From positions 78,895,710 to 78,959,709 of the forward strand of contig NC_068989.1 in the NCBI RefSeq assembly GCF_001194135.2: a stretch of DNA of 64,000 nucleotides, in the 5' to 3' direction. The notes below the pieces were generated by a model. That model saw only the letters and a list, made by a program, of their open reading frames with translations, was not told where the DNA came from and did not search any database. Below are positions 38,692 to 50,470 of this stretch, one piece after another. The DNA is from Octopus bimaculoides (taxonomy: Eukaryota). A program made the translations under genes and the position numbers. Each line of letters opens with the position of its first letter. Position 1 is the stretch's first letter.

Positions 38692-39090
38692 TGCAGGAGT
38701 GGCTGTGTGGTAAGTAGCTTACTTACCAACCACATGGTTCCGGGTTCAGTCCTACTGTGTTGCATCTTGGGTAAGTGTCTTCTACTATAGCCTCGAGCCA
38801 ACCAAAGCCTTGTGAGTGGATTTGGTAGACGGAAACTGAAAGAAGCCCGTCGTATATATGTATATATATATGTGCATGTGTGTGTTTGTGTGTCTGTGTT
38901 TGTCCCCCTAGCATTGCTTGACAACCAATGCTGGTGTATTTATGTCCCCGTCACTTAGCGGTTCAGCAAAAGAGACCGATAGAAGAAGTACTAGGCTTAC
39001 AAAGAATAAGTCCCGGGGTGGATTTGTTCGACTAAAGGTGGTGCTCCAGCATGGCCACAGTCAAATGACTGAAACAAGTAAAAGAGAAAA
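38692..39090 (+). mobile_element. SINE group A, full length
   Basis: Complete head, microsatellite and tail. Confidence 0.92.
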
Positions 39091-39304
39091 GAGAGTATGG
39101 TTATAAGGTAACAGAGGAGTTTCAATGAGGTTACTTAAAATAGAAGCTATTTCTTCCTTAAGTCTTTAAATGTGATATAAAATTTCATAGTTATTCATGT
39201 CATGGTGTTAAATATCTACCCCACCCCCTCAAAAAAAACAACTGTTATTTTCTGCAAGTCACAATGCGTTGATAAGCTTCACATATCTTAATAAGTAATA
39301 GTTT

Positions 39305-39537
39305 TTAACGTGCCAGCACTATGTAAAAGCACTCGTGCTGGTGCCATGTGTCATGTGCCATGTAAAAGGCACCCAGCACACACTGTAAAGTGGTTGGCAT
39401 TAGGAAGAGCATCCAGCTGTAGAAACCATACCAAAACAGACAACTGGAGCCTGGTGCAGCTACCCTACTTGTCAGCTCTGGGCCAAACCATCCAACCCAT
39501 GCCAGCATGGAAAACGAATATTAAAGAGTGGTGGTGG
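39305..39537 (+). mobile_element. R tail fragment, old
   Basis: GGTTGGCATTAGGAAGAGCATCCAGCTGTAGAAACC...ACCCATGCCAGCATGGAAAA. Confidence 0.7.
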
Positions 39538-39708
39538 NNNNNNNNNNNNNNNNNNNNNNNNNNNNNNNNNNNNNNNNNNNNNNNNNNNNNNNNNNNNNNN
39601 NNNNNNNNNNNNNNNNNNNNNNNNNNNNNNNNNNNNNNNNNNNNNNNNNNNNNNNNNNNNNNNNNNNNNNNNNNNNNNNNNNNNNNNNNNNNNNNNNNNN
39701 NNNNNNNN

Positions 39709-39885
39709 GGTGATGGTGGTGGTGATGGTGGTGGTGGTGGTGGTGGTGGTCTTGGTGGTGGTCTTGGTGGTGGTGATGGTGGTGGTGGTGGTGATGATGA
39801 TGAGGAGGATGATTACAATGATGATGATGAGAATGATGATGAGAAAGATGATGACTACAATGATGATGATGATGATGATGATGCC
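39709..39885. repeat. Compound (GGT)n/(GAT)n microsatellite
   Basis: Direct inspection. Confidence 0.9.
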
Positions 39886-40547
39886 ATTCCTCAACAAAAA
39901 GGGAGATTGATATATAAAACTGCTTTCTGCAGTCAAGGCTATTGAAATTTTGATTGGATAACTGTGATTTCTGCGGTAAAAAGGAGTTAAAAACTTCCTG
40001 CTGTCTTCTTCCAAACGGAAATTACACATGTGAAAAGCAAAATACTAAAGCAGTGATGCCAACAAGAAAAGAACAAAGTGCCGTCGCTGGAGTGCTGATT
40101 GACTGTTCCAAAGCATTCATTTGGCTCTCTAAGTGTCATAGGTTTGTTTGAGCCAAGGTGAACAGACCAAATGAAAAACGACAACACCAACAAAACCAAC
40201 AGCAGCAGCAGCAGGAGAAGCAGCAACTGAAACAGGTAATTACAAAGTGAAATATTTCAGAACAAAACATTTTGTCCTCTGTCACTCATTAGGTTAATTG
40301 CAGAAGCGAAATTGCTGAGTAGTGATTGTACTGGGCTGCTGTAATCAAGGATCTTGAGCATAAAGTACAACTGTACTCTAAGAGACTATAACACAAAAGG
40401 CTACTTCAATACAGGCACTAAAGTACAAAGGATTGTCGTATCCAAAGTTACTAAAGTACAAAGGACGACTGTATGCAAAGATACTGCAAAAAAATCAAAG
40501 TACAAGCAGCTGTTATATTTAAGGATATTGAAGTACAAAGTTTTTGT

Positions 40548-40936
40548 TGTTGTTGTTGGTACTCCGTCACTTACGACGTCGAGGGTTCCAGTTGATCCGA
40601 TCAATGGAACTGCCTGCTCGTGCAATTAACGTGCAAGTGGCTGAGCACTCCACAGACACATGTACCCTTAACGTAGTTCTCAGGGGAGATTCAGCGTGAC
40701 ACAGTGTGACAAGGCTGACCCTTTGAATTACAAGTACAACAGAAACAGGAAGAAGAAGTGAGAGAAAGTTGTGGTGAAAGAGTACAGCAGGGTTCACCAC
40801 CATCCCCTGCCGTAGCCTCGTGGAGCTTTAGGTGTTTTCGCTCAATAAACACTCACAACGCCCGGTCTGGGAATCGAAACCGCGATCCTATGACCGCGAG
40901 TCCGCTGCCCTAACCACTGGGCCATTGCGCCTCCAC
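40548..40936 (-). mobile_element. SINE group C1, full length
   Basis: Reverse copy from (GTT)n tail to CCATTGCGCCTCCAC head. Confidence 0.92.
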
Positions 40937-41219
40937 AAAGTACAAAGTACTGAAGTATAAAGAACAACTGTATTATTGATAGTAAATTAAAAAGGACAGT
41001 TGTCCTCAAAGGTCATCACTTCAGATGCACTACATATATTCTACAGTGCAAAAGTGCAGCTGGTCATTGAATTTCCTGAAATGTCACTCTTGTTTCTTCA
41101 TGCAGATGGTGTCCCTAAGCATATAGAATCAGTGACTCTTGCTTTTGATTCTTTACTTGATCATGCAATTTTTTTCATGTCTAGTACTTCATTGTTTCAG
41201 CAAGCAGAATGAAGTGTAC

Positions 41220-41263
41220 ACTTCACTGATGAGGTCTAATAAGGCTGAAACATGGTTTGAAGT
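41220..41263 (+). ncRNA. Type-I minimal hammerhead ribozyme motif
   Basis: ACTTCA / CTGATGA / GGTCT-AATA-AGGCT / GAAA / C-ATG-G / TT / TGAAGT: helix I 6 bp, canonical core, helix II 5 bp with two G-U pairs, helix III 2 bp, GUU cleavage triplet. Confidence 0.7.
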
Positions 41264-41431
41264 TTTGTTTTTGCCACATTTGCTGAAATGATTCAGATAA
41301 TTAATCATAAATCAATCTTGGCTATCCTATACTGCATAATTATTTCTAATTACTTTTAATTATTCCTAACTATGTTCTATTTTCATGCTTGTTGCATTAT
41401 TTTAATAACTTAATAACTGCAGCTAACTCAT

Positions 41432-41600
41432 TATCATCATTTAATGACCATGTTCCAGGTTGGCATGGGTTGGACAGTTTGGCAAGGATCTAATGAGTGA
41501 AGAACTGCGTCATACTCCAGTGTCTGCTTTGGCATGGTTTTCTATGGCTGGATGCCCTTCCTAACACCTACCACTTTACGATGTGTACTGAGTGATACCT
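41432..41600 (-). mobile_element. R-related tail fragment, old
   Basis: CATGGGTTGGACAGTTTG...GGCTGGATGCCCTTCCTAAC. Confidence 0.65.
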
Positions 41601-41841
41601 TCACTCAAAACCTGATCTCTGTATTACTACCGAAAAATAAAAATGAAAAATACTGAAAGATAAAAACGAAAATAACAATCAAGAAGCTTAATAGTAATTA
41701 CACAAAGAGCTGAAGAGAATAGGAGAGATGCAGAATTAGCTGTTAAATTTCTGTAGTGTTTTGTCTATATAAATCTCCCAATCCAGTTAAAAACTAGAGA
41801 CTTTGATTAAACATCGTTAAGTCTAGTATAAAGATCATAAT

Positions 41842-42235
41842 AGTGGAGGCGCAATGGCCCAGTGGTTAAGGCAGCGGACTCATGATCATAGGATCGCGGT
41901 TTCAATTCCCAGACCGGGCGTTGTGAGTGTTTATTGAGCGAAAACACCTAAAGCCCCACGAGGCTCCGACAAGGGATGGTGGCGAACCCTGCTGTACTCT
42001 TTCACCACAACTTTCTCTCACTCTTACTTCCTGTTTCTGTTGTGCTTGTAATTCAAAGGGTCAGCCTTGTCACACTGTGTCACGCTGAATATCCCCAAGA
42101 ACTACGTTATGGGTACACATGTCTGTGGAGTGCTCAGCCATTTGCACGCTAATTTCACGAGCAGGCTGTTCCGTTGATTGGATCAACTGGAACCCTCGAC
42201 GTCGTAAGCGACGGAGTGCCAACAACAACAACAAA
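41842..42235 (+). mobile_element. SINE group C1, full length
   Basis: GTGGAGGCGCAATGGCCCAGTGGTT head to GCCAACAACAACAAC tail. Confidence 0.92.
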
Positions 42236-43487
42236 GATCGTAATAATATAACTAATGCATGAACCTGAATGAAATTGAGTGATCAAATGTAATGGTTGTT
42301 GGTGTGTGTTGTGAATGTGTTTAGCTGTTGTTGTAGACTTTTATCTATTATGATGTCACTTTCATAAGCCTAGGTAGGTAGAATACAGGTAAGTTGATTA
42401 CACATGGATGTTTTCACTTATATTTACTAAATATTGATTCTTGGACATTGATTTCCTGTCTCAGTGCTGAATTAGTGATATGATTGTGTCTATCATTCGA
42501 AATCTGCTCCCATTAGAAAAAGCATTGCAATTAATGCCTTCAATTCTTCTATTCAAATGTGTTTTTAAGACACACATAACTAAGAAATTAGTATCATTCA
42601 CTGTTAAAAAAATCCCACTCCCAAGACCCCAAGATTCCAAGAAAAAATGAATTAGGGATTTTATTTTGCAAATGAAAATACAAAAGATAGAATTAAAAGA
42701 CGCTGAAGTTAAGAAATACAAAGGATTTCCAAAATTATCTGAAAAGAGATTCTTTCCCCTTTGATAACATATTTCCTACCAGGGGCAAAGTATATGTTTC
42801 AACACTCTTCTCATAAATCTACCAGGATGCGGATATCCTATATTTAAAATATGTAATTTTTTTTTTTTTGTTGTTTAGTCCTTACCATTAACTAACAAAA
42901 TCAATGGTGCAATGATCAACTACGTGATTATTCAACCCCTGCTCACTACCCTACACACACTGGTTGTTCCATGCCAGTGCAACCAGAATGAAGCAACCAA
43001 AATTCCACACTGGTGTATACAGATGGCCTTGAAATATCACTGACGATTTTCTCCAATCCCAAGCTCTCTTTCTCTAATTAAACCATACACAGATAACAAT
43101 AAACAAATCCTTAATAAATATCACTGGAAGTATTAACTACCATGATGCTTAAAAAATCATGGGAACAAAAAAGTTCAAAGAAATTCACTTAAATAAACTA
43201 CAAAAAAGAATGCATACATGGTGTAAACAGAAAGCCTTTTGATAGGAAGTTCAACCTAAAATGAGACTAAAGTTTGTTTCTCATACAGAAGAGTGCTTTG
43301 TTGCAGTTCTTTAGCCACAAACAACAACACTATATGACAAGTAATTCAGGATTTGAAAAGAGTTACAAGTAGAAGACTAAGAGTTAATAAAATGTTAATG
43401 CATGTAATATGCTAAAAGAAAGTTCAAAGAAAGATGCCATCTGCATGGAAAACAATATTTAAGTCAGTGTTACTATATTTAACACAA

Positions 43488-43872
43488 TAGCAGCTGTCTG
43501 GCTTCTGTGCCAGTGACATGTAAATAGCACCATTTCAGTGTGATCGTTACCAGCGTCGCCTTCCTGGCAAGACATTCGAGCGAGGTCATTGCCAGTGCCG
43601 CTGGACTGGCTCCTGTGCAGGTGGCACGTAAAATACACCATTTTGAGTGTGGCCGTTGCCAGTGCCGCCTGACTGGCCTTCGTGTTGGTGGCACGTAAAA
43701 GCACCCACTACACTCTCGGAGTGGTTGGCGTTAGGAAGGGCATCCAGCTGTAGAAACTCTGCCAAATCAGATTGGAGTCTGGTGTAGCCATCTGGTTCGC
43801 CAGTCCTCAGTCAAATCGTCCAACCCATGCTAGCATGGAAAGTGGACGTTAAACGATGATGATGATGATGAC
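43488..43872 (+). mobile_element. RTE 3' UTR (R) fragment
   Basis: Matches about 2770-3175 with an internal deletion; (GAT)n tail. Confidence 0.9.
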
Positions 43873-44711
43873 GAATATGGACATTTTGATCTTATTACCC
43901 ACTACAGTGAACCATATAGACTTCACGACACATGTTGAAAATAGTGAGAATCACTAAATAGGTACATTAGAGAAGGTGTGAATGAACAGTATTCATTTGT
44001 TCATTTTACATTTGTTTTTGCATGTTAGCATGGGTTAGATGAATACATATTACTGAGGCATTGCTTTTACAGCTGGATGCTTTTTCAATCACTAACCCTT
44101 ATCTGTTATCCAATTAAGGAAATTTTCATTCCGTTTGCTTTCAAAAGTGCAGAGCTACCAGACAATTTGTTGAGAAATTTGTCAGTAAACTGTCCAGCAG
44201 TTCTGCACTTTTTAAGACTATTGTCAATGAATATCATCCTCTATAACTCAGTAATTACAAAATATAAACATCCACATAGACACACACACATAGAGGCACA
44301 GATATACATGCATACACAAATTCAAACACACATATCTGCCATGAGGTTTGCAATTTCCGTCTACCAAATTTCCTCACAAGGCATTGGTGAGCAGAGATGC
44401 CATCTGCATGGAAAACAATAGTTAAGTCAGTGTTACTATATTTAACACAACAACTAACAGTTTGTCTCAGTTTGATTTCGCAAAAATATTCGAAAAATTT
44501 CCAGCTTACATTTGGCTACAAAGGGAAACCTATTAAGTGGTTTATTGTCGATGGCATGATTCAGAATATAATACAAAAGACCTGAACATATAAGAAACAA
44601 AATGATGGCAACTACTGTAAAACCGACAAGCGGAACATAATTATTCTCATTTAGCAACAAAAGAATCATCAACTTGCAGAGACTATCACAGGCTTTAATA
44701 TTTAGTAGTAT

Positions 44712-44935
44712 TAAGGCAGCGAGCTGGCAGAAACGTTAGCAAGCCGGGCGAAATGCTTAGTGGTATTTCATCTGTCTTTACGTTCTGAGTTCAAATTCTG
44801 CCGAGGTCGACTTTGTCTTTCATCCATTCGGGGTCGATAAATTAAGTACCAGTTGCATACTAGGGTTGATCTAACTGACTGCCCTCCTCCCCAAAAATTT
44901 CAGGCTTTGTGCTTAGAGTGAAAGAGAATATTTAG
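44712..44935 (+). mobile_element. SINE group B1
   Basis: TAAGGCAGCGAGCTGGCAG head, B core, CCCCAAAAATTTCAGGC tail. Confidence 0.88.
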
Positions 44936-45889
44936 TAGAATATTTAGTGATGAGACAGCAGAATCGTTAGCACACCTGGCAAAATACTTAGAAGCATTTT
45001 AGCCAANNNNNNNNNNNNNNNNNNNNNNNNNNNNNNNNNNNNNNNNNNNNNNNNNNNNNNNNNNNNNNNNNNNNNNNNNNNNNNNNNNNNNNNNNNNNNN
45101 NNNNNNNNNNNNNNNNNNNNNNNNNNNNNNNNNNNNNNNNNNNNNNNNNNNNNNNNNNNNNNNNNNNNNNNNNNNNNNNNNNNNNNNNNNNNNNNNNNNN
45201 NNNNNNNNNNNNNNNNNNNNNNNNNNNNNNNNNNNNNNNNNNNNNNNNNNNNNNNNNNNNNNNNNNNNNNNNNNNNNNNNNNNNNNNNNNNNNNNNNNNN
45301 NNNNNNNNNNNNNNNNNNNNNNNNNNNNNNNNNNNNNNNNNNNNNNNNNNNNNNNNNNNNNNNNNNNNNNNNNNNNNNNNNNNNNNNNNNNNNNNNNNNN
45401 NNNNNNNNNNNNNNNNNNNNNNNNNNNNNNNNNNNNNNNNNNNNNNNNNNNNNNNNNNNNNNNNNNNNNNNNNNNNNNNNNNNNNNNNNNNNNNNNNNNN
45501 NNNNNNNNNNNNNNNNNNNNNNNNNNNNNNNNNNNNNNNNNNNNNNNNNNNNNNNNNNNNNNNNNNNNNNNNGGGGGGGGGGGTCGATGTAATTGACTTA
45601 TCCCCGGCCTCGCCTCAAGATTGCTGGCCTTGTGCCAAAATTTGAAATCAATATTTACTAGTATTAGAGTGGCAGGCTGACAGAGTCGGTAGCACACCAG
45701 GCACAACACTTAGCAACATTACATCCGTCTTTAGGTACTGAGTTAGAATTTTGCTGTGGAAAAGTAGACATTAAAACAATGATGATAATGATAATGTGTG
45801 CATGCGTGTGTATGTATGTGTGTCTGTGCACAGGGGTGTGTGTGTCCATGTGTTTGTGTGTACGTGTGCTTGTGTTGTAATATTCTTTC

Positions 45890-46120
45890 ACTTATTTCGG
45901 TCATTTGGCTGCAGCCATGCTGAAGCACCACTGAAAGGGTTTTAGTCAGAGAACTAAACCCCAGAATTTATTCTTTGTAAGCCTAGTACTTATTCTATCG
46001 GTCTCCTTTGCTGAACTGCTGAGTTACAGCAGGGACATAAACACCAACATCAGTGGTCAAATGATGACGGGGGAGTGGTGAACAAACGTAGACACACACA
46101 CATAAATATATATATACATA
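45890..46120 (-). mobile_element. SINE group A, 3' half
   Basis: Reverse A tail; a matching reverse A head lies at about 47013-47160. Confidence 0.75.
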
Positions 46121-46262
46121 TATAAAGTGAACCAAAGGACATACTAAGTATGTCTACCTGCTGGAAATAACAGTCAAAACACTAAATCACCAAAATACAT
46201 GATAATAAGTACAGAAATCAATGGTCCAAAAGCAAACAGGCTAAGACAATCTCCCAACGTAC

Positions 46263-46397
46263 ATTTAAGTATTTTGACTCAGGTGGACCGGTTTCTGCAC
46301 TGGCAAAAATAGCCTTAGCTTCTTCAGCATGCATTACCATAACAGAGACTCCAATCCCATCATGTTGAAGTCTGTGCTGCAATTGATTCATTTTGCG
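46263..46397 (-). CDS. Candidate isolated coding exon (135 nt, phase 0-0), product unknown
   Basis: TTTCAG|CGC...TTAAAT|GTACGT; open frame RKMNQLQHRLQHDGIGVSVMVMHAEEAKAIFASAETGPPESKYLN in non-repeat DNA. No homolog recognised. Confidence 0.3.
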
Positions 46398-46494
46398 CTG
46401 AAATCATCACAGCCACCAGTGTGAAAATAATTTCAATATGGAGCAAATAATTCATGAGAAAAAAATAATTCTCGAAAATATATATATATATATA

Positions 46495-46792
46495 TCATTG
46501 CCAGTGCCGCTGGACTGGCTCCTGTGCATGTGGCACGTAAAATACACCATTTTGAACGTGGCCGTTGCCAGTACCTCCTGACTGGCCTTCGTGCCGGTGG
46601 CACATAAAAGCACCCACTACACTCTCGGAGTGGTCAGCGTTAGGAAGGGCATCCAGCTGAAGAAACTCTGTCAAATCAGATTGGAGCTTGGTGTGGCCAT
46701 CTGGTTCACCAGTCCTCAGTCAAATCGTCCAACACATGCTAGCATGGAAAGCAGACGTTAAACGATGATGATGATGATGATGATGGTGATGA
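46495..46792 (+). mobile_element. RTE 3' UTR (R) fragment
   Basis: R hairpin units plus (GAT)n tail. Confidence 0.85.
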
Positions 46793-47611
46793 TATATATA
46801 TATATNNNNNNNNNNNNNNNNNNNNNNNNNNNNNNNNNNNNNNNNNNNNNNNNNNNNNNNNNNNNNNNNNNNNNNNNNNNNNNNNNNNNNNNNNNNNNNN
46901 NNNNNNNNNNNNNNNNNNNNNNNNNNNNNNNNNNNNNNNNNNNNNNNNNNNNNNNNNNNNNNNNNNNNNNNNNNNNNNNNNNNNNNNNNNNNTATATATA
47001 TATATATATATGGCAGGCTTTTCCATCTACCAAATCCACTCACAAGGTTTTGGTCGGCCCAAGGCTATAGTAGAAGACATTTGCCCAAAGTGCCATGCAG
47101 TGGGACTGAACCCGGAACCATGCAGTTGGGAAGCAAGCTTCTTACCACACAGCCACGCCTAGCAACATTACAATTAAAACTGATGGTGTTGTTGTTGTTA
47201 TTAATAAGACCTACTCTCTTTTAAGAGGTCAACTCTCAATTATCATCACCACAATTTGGTCCATCAAAATGGATTATGCAACAAAAGTATAGAATTTTAT
47301 ATCTTTTTATTTAAAACTTGGCAAAATGCTTGTCTCAAACGTTAGGTCACCTTGTTGTGTTATCTGTTAACACAGAGTTAATAAGCTTTACTTAATATGT
47401 TCTGCATTGCAGTTTACAAGCACACACAAACACATGCACGTACATACGGGCACATTCGCACATACACACAGATACATACATACATCTACATATATATATG
47501 CACACGTGTATGTGTGTGTATGTATATACACAGACACACATACAGCAAAAAAAATTGCACTTGGCAGTTAAAAGAATTGTTGTGCCAAGTTTTCAGTAAA
47601 AATGTGTGTGT

Positions 47612-47648
<37 letters not shown>

Positions 47649-47781
47649 AAGTGTGAATAAGTGTGAATGGTTTTGTATGTGTATATATATACACACATGC
47701 AAGTGCATCTCTATGTTTCTTTCATCTTTTGAATATCAGTGTTGGTTTGTTTACATCTCCATAACTGAAAAGTTCACCCCA

Positions 47782-47817
<36 letters not shown>

Positions 47818-47954
47818 TGCCCTGATGCAGTACCAGGCAGGGGCTCTCATGGCTTCTGATCTTAATTGATTGGAAGTGTTATCATGTACATTGTTTTGTC
47901 TTGGTATAAAAGATGGGCTACAGCAAATATTCTGCTCAATACCGCCAAGATTGC

Positions 47955-48210
47955 AAAAATAAAGCACTGTATATGCACTTGAGAATGAATGAAACTGAAA
48001 ATAGGTGGATAAAGAAAAGATTGCATGGACAATTTCATAGGGATGCTGAAGATAAAACAGAAAAATGATGGTTATGGATGACTAAAAGTGAGTTAAAACT
48101 GGAAACGGAGGCTCTAATCTGTGCAGCCCAAGAGTAAGCACTAAGAACCAATTACATCAAATACAGAATAGACAACACATCAGAAGGTGATAAGTGCAGA
48201 GTTTGTGGAC
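47955..48210 (+). mobile_element. Fragment of an R4/Dong-like (restriction-like endonuclease) non-LTR retrotransposon
   Basis: Reads WIKKRLHGQFHRD...WLWMTKSELKLETEALICAAQE*ALRTNYIKYRIDNTSEGDKCRVCG, the post-RT region leading into the CCHC motif of R4/Dong/NeSL-type elements. Confidence 0.8.
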
Positions 48211-48239
48211 TAAATAGTGAATCCCTGTGTTCAACTGTT

Positions 48240-48372
48240 CCTTATTTTATTGACTGCGAAAGGATGAAAGGCAAAGTCAACCTTGGTGGAATTTGAACTC
48301 AGAATGTAAATACAGACTAAATCCCACTCAGCATCTTGCCTGGCATGCTGACAATCCAACCATGTTGCTGCC
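48240..48372 (-). mobile_element. SINE group B, partial
   Basis: AAAGGATGAAAGGCAAAGTCAACCTTGGTGGAATTTGAACTCAGAA. Confidence 0.75.
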
Positions 48373-48529
48373 TTAAGGAATATTTTTTTAAATATTGATT
48401 AACAATATTGATAGCAATTTACACTGTTATGATAATAAAACTGATGTTTCAGTTTTTTTGTTGCTGTTGTTGTTGCTGTTGTTGGGTAACATAACCAACT
48501 TTATTTGAACAGAGCCATTATAACACAGA

Positions 48530-48645
48530 AGCAGCCAATTAAATGGCTAAGAACAGCTAAGTGGAACAAGCAGCCAATCAAAGGACGGAAAGCAACAACA
48601 TGGATCAGAGAGCCAATGAAATGACTGAGAATATCTCACTAGATC
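48530..48645 (+). promoter_or_regulatory. Three CCAAT boxes at exact 39-bp spacing in a degenerate tandem repeat
   Basis: AGCCAAT(T/C/G)AAA with CCAAT at 48535, 48574 and 48613. Confidence 0.35.
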
Positions 48646-48813
48646 TAATAGCCTTTGATATTCATACCATGCTTTGATCTATTCTGAGTTAACATGCTGC
48701 ACAATCAACAATGCAACAATGTTTGCACATGTCTGAGCATGGAGTGATGGTCATGAGCTGCCATTGTCTATTTTACAACCAAATATTTTTGTTGTTGTTC
48801 ATCCTCATCATCC

Positions 48814-48860
<47 letters not shown>

Positions 48861-49339
48861 AGTAGTAGTTGTTGTTTTTGTAGATGCTGTTCTTAATGTT
48901 GTTTAGCCCTAGGTTCCCAGGGGTGAGCAGACCTATGATCACAGTCATTCCAGCCATAAGCGCCAGGTCCCTTTTTTTGTTTCTTTGTTTTCTTTAGGTA
49001 CATGCTGTCTTTATATAAGATTGCCGCACGTTGTATGAAGGGGACTTAGCTGCTGTTTCTAGTAAGTTGAGTGACAACGCAGGCCCATCATCTGCTCGTT
49101 TCACATAAAGTTGGAAACTACAGTGGTAGCTTTTAGAGGGAAAGGTTAAAGGTCACTGACCCAGTACACATCAGCTTTTTTTACCTTTGGAGTCACAGAA
49201 GGGTCAGTGATTAATAACTAAGAACAAAATAAAAACGATTGTCCAGCTATTATGCTTTATACAATTTTTCTGTAATTTTTTGTATGCAGTACATACAAAA
49301 ACAAAAGCACCCATGCTAGTGCAATGTGAAAATTACATC

Positions 49340-49568
49340 AGCCCAAGTGCGTAACTGGTACTTATTTAATTGACCCCCAAAAGGATGAAAGGCAAAGTCG
49401 ACCTCGGTGGAGTTTGAACTCAGAATGTAGCGGCAGACGAAATACCGCTAAGCATTTCATCTGGTGTGCTAACGATTCTGCCAGCTCGTCACCCTTCTAC
49501 AATTGCCTCAGACTGACTAAAGCTTTGTGAGTAGATTTGGTAGATGGAAACTGAAAGAAGCCCATCAA

Positions 49569-49605
<37 letters not shown>

Positions 49606-49872
49606 CACAGGCATGCATGCATGTGCTCACACACCCTTGTCTTGACATCACGTGATGGTCAATAAAAGAGCATCATTGTCATACAAGTAGTGTCCTTTCA
49701 TGCCGATCTCTCATGAAAATATGTTCACCTATGGTGAAGTGTTACCATATTTGGAGATTGGCGAGGGTTAGTGACAGGAAGGGTATTCAGTCGTAGGAAA
49801 TCTGCTTGAACAAGTTTCACTGGGCTCATACAAGCATGGAAACTTAGGCATTAAAATGATGATGATGATGAC
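49340..49872. mobile_element. SINE B(-) (about 49340-49493) followed by SINE A2(+) (about 49500-49872)
   Basis: Reverse B core and head; then A body, (TG)n and an RTE-type tail CAAGCATGGAAAC...TTAAAATGATGATG. Confidence 0.7.
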
Positions 49873-50079
49873 AAGAGCTCAAAGCCTATGTCAAGATACA
49901 CTATGGAGCCTGGTGGTTGCTAAGAAACACTAGGTGTGGTTGAATGGCTCATTAGAGCCATCCAAGATGTAAACTGAGATGTCATCAGTTAGACGAGACA
50001 TAACAATAACTTTCAGCTGATAAACATCACATGTCCATACCAATGCCTGCCTTTTTCTCTTGTGCACTCATCTATAAAA

Positions 50080-50337
50080 GTGATGATGACAACAATGATA
50101 ATGATGGTGGTGGTGGTGGTGGTGGTGGTGATGACAATGCTGCTGCTGATGATGATGATGACGATGGCAGCAGCAGTAGTGATGACAATGACTACGATGA
50201 CAAAGAAAATAATGATGATGATGATGATGGCAAAGACGACAATGATGACAATGATGATGATGATGGTAATGATAATGATAATAATGATGATGCTGATGGT
50301 GGCAGCGGCGGCGGCAACGACTACAATGACAAAGAAA

Positions 50338-50387
<50 letters not shown>

Positions 50388-50388
50388 A

Positions 50389-50428
<40 letters not shown>

Positions 50429-50470
50429 CAATCGCAATGATGATGATGGTGATGGTGATGATGGTGACAT
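50080..50470. repeat. Compound (GAT/GAC/GGT)n microsatellite
   Basis: Direct inspection; it produces the poly-D, poly-M and poly-H ORFs in the track. Confidence 0.9.

Noticed and set aside
39954-40240. Cys-rich 65-aa ORF and a poly-Q stretch ending at CAG|GTAATT
   Set aside because: The poly-Q frame has a stop just upstream and only a weak acceptor; the (CAG/CAA)n is explained as a microsatellite.
42470-42560. Minus-strand EELKALIAMLFLMG, similar to a piggyBac transposase motif
   Set aside because: Only about 18 residues between stops, with no other piggyBac motifs nearby.
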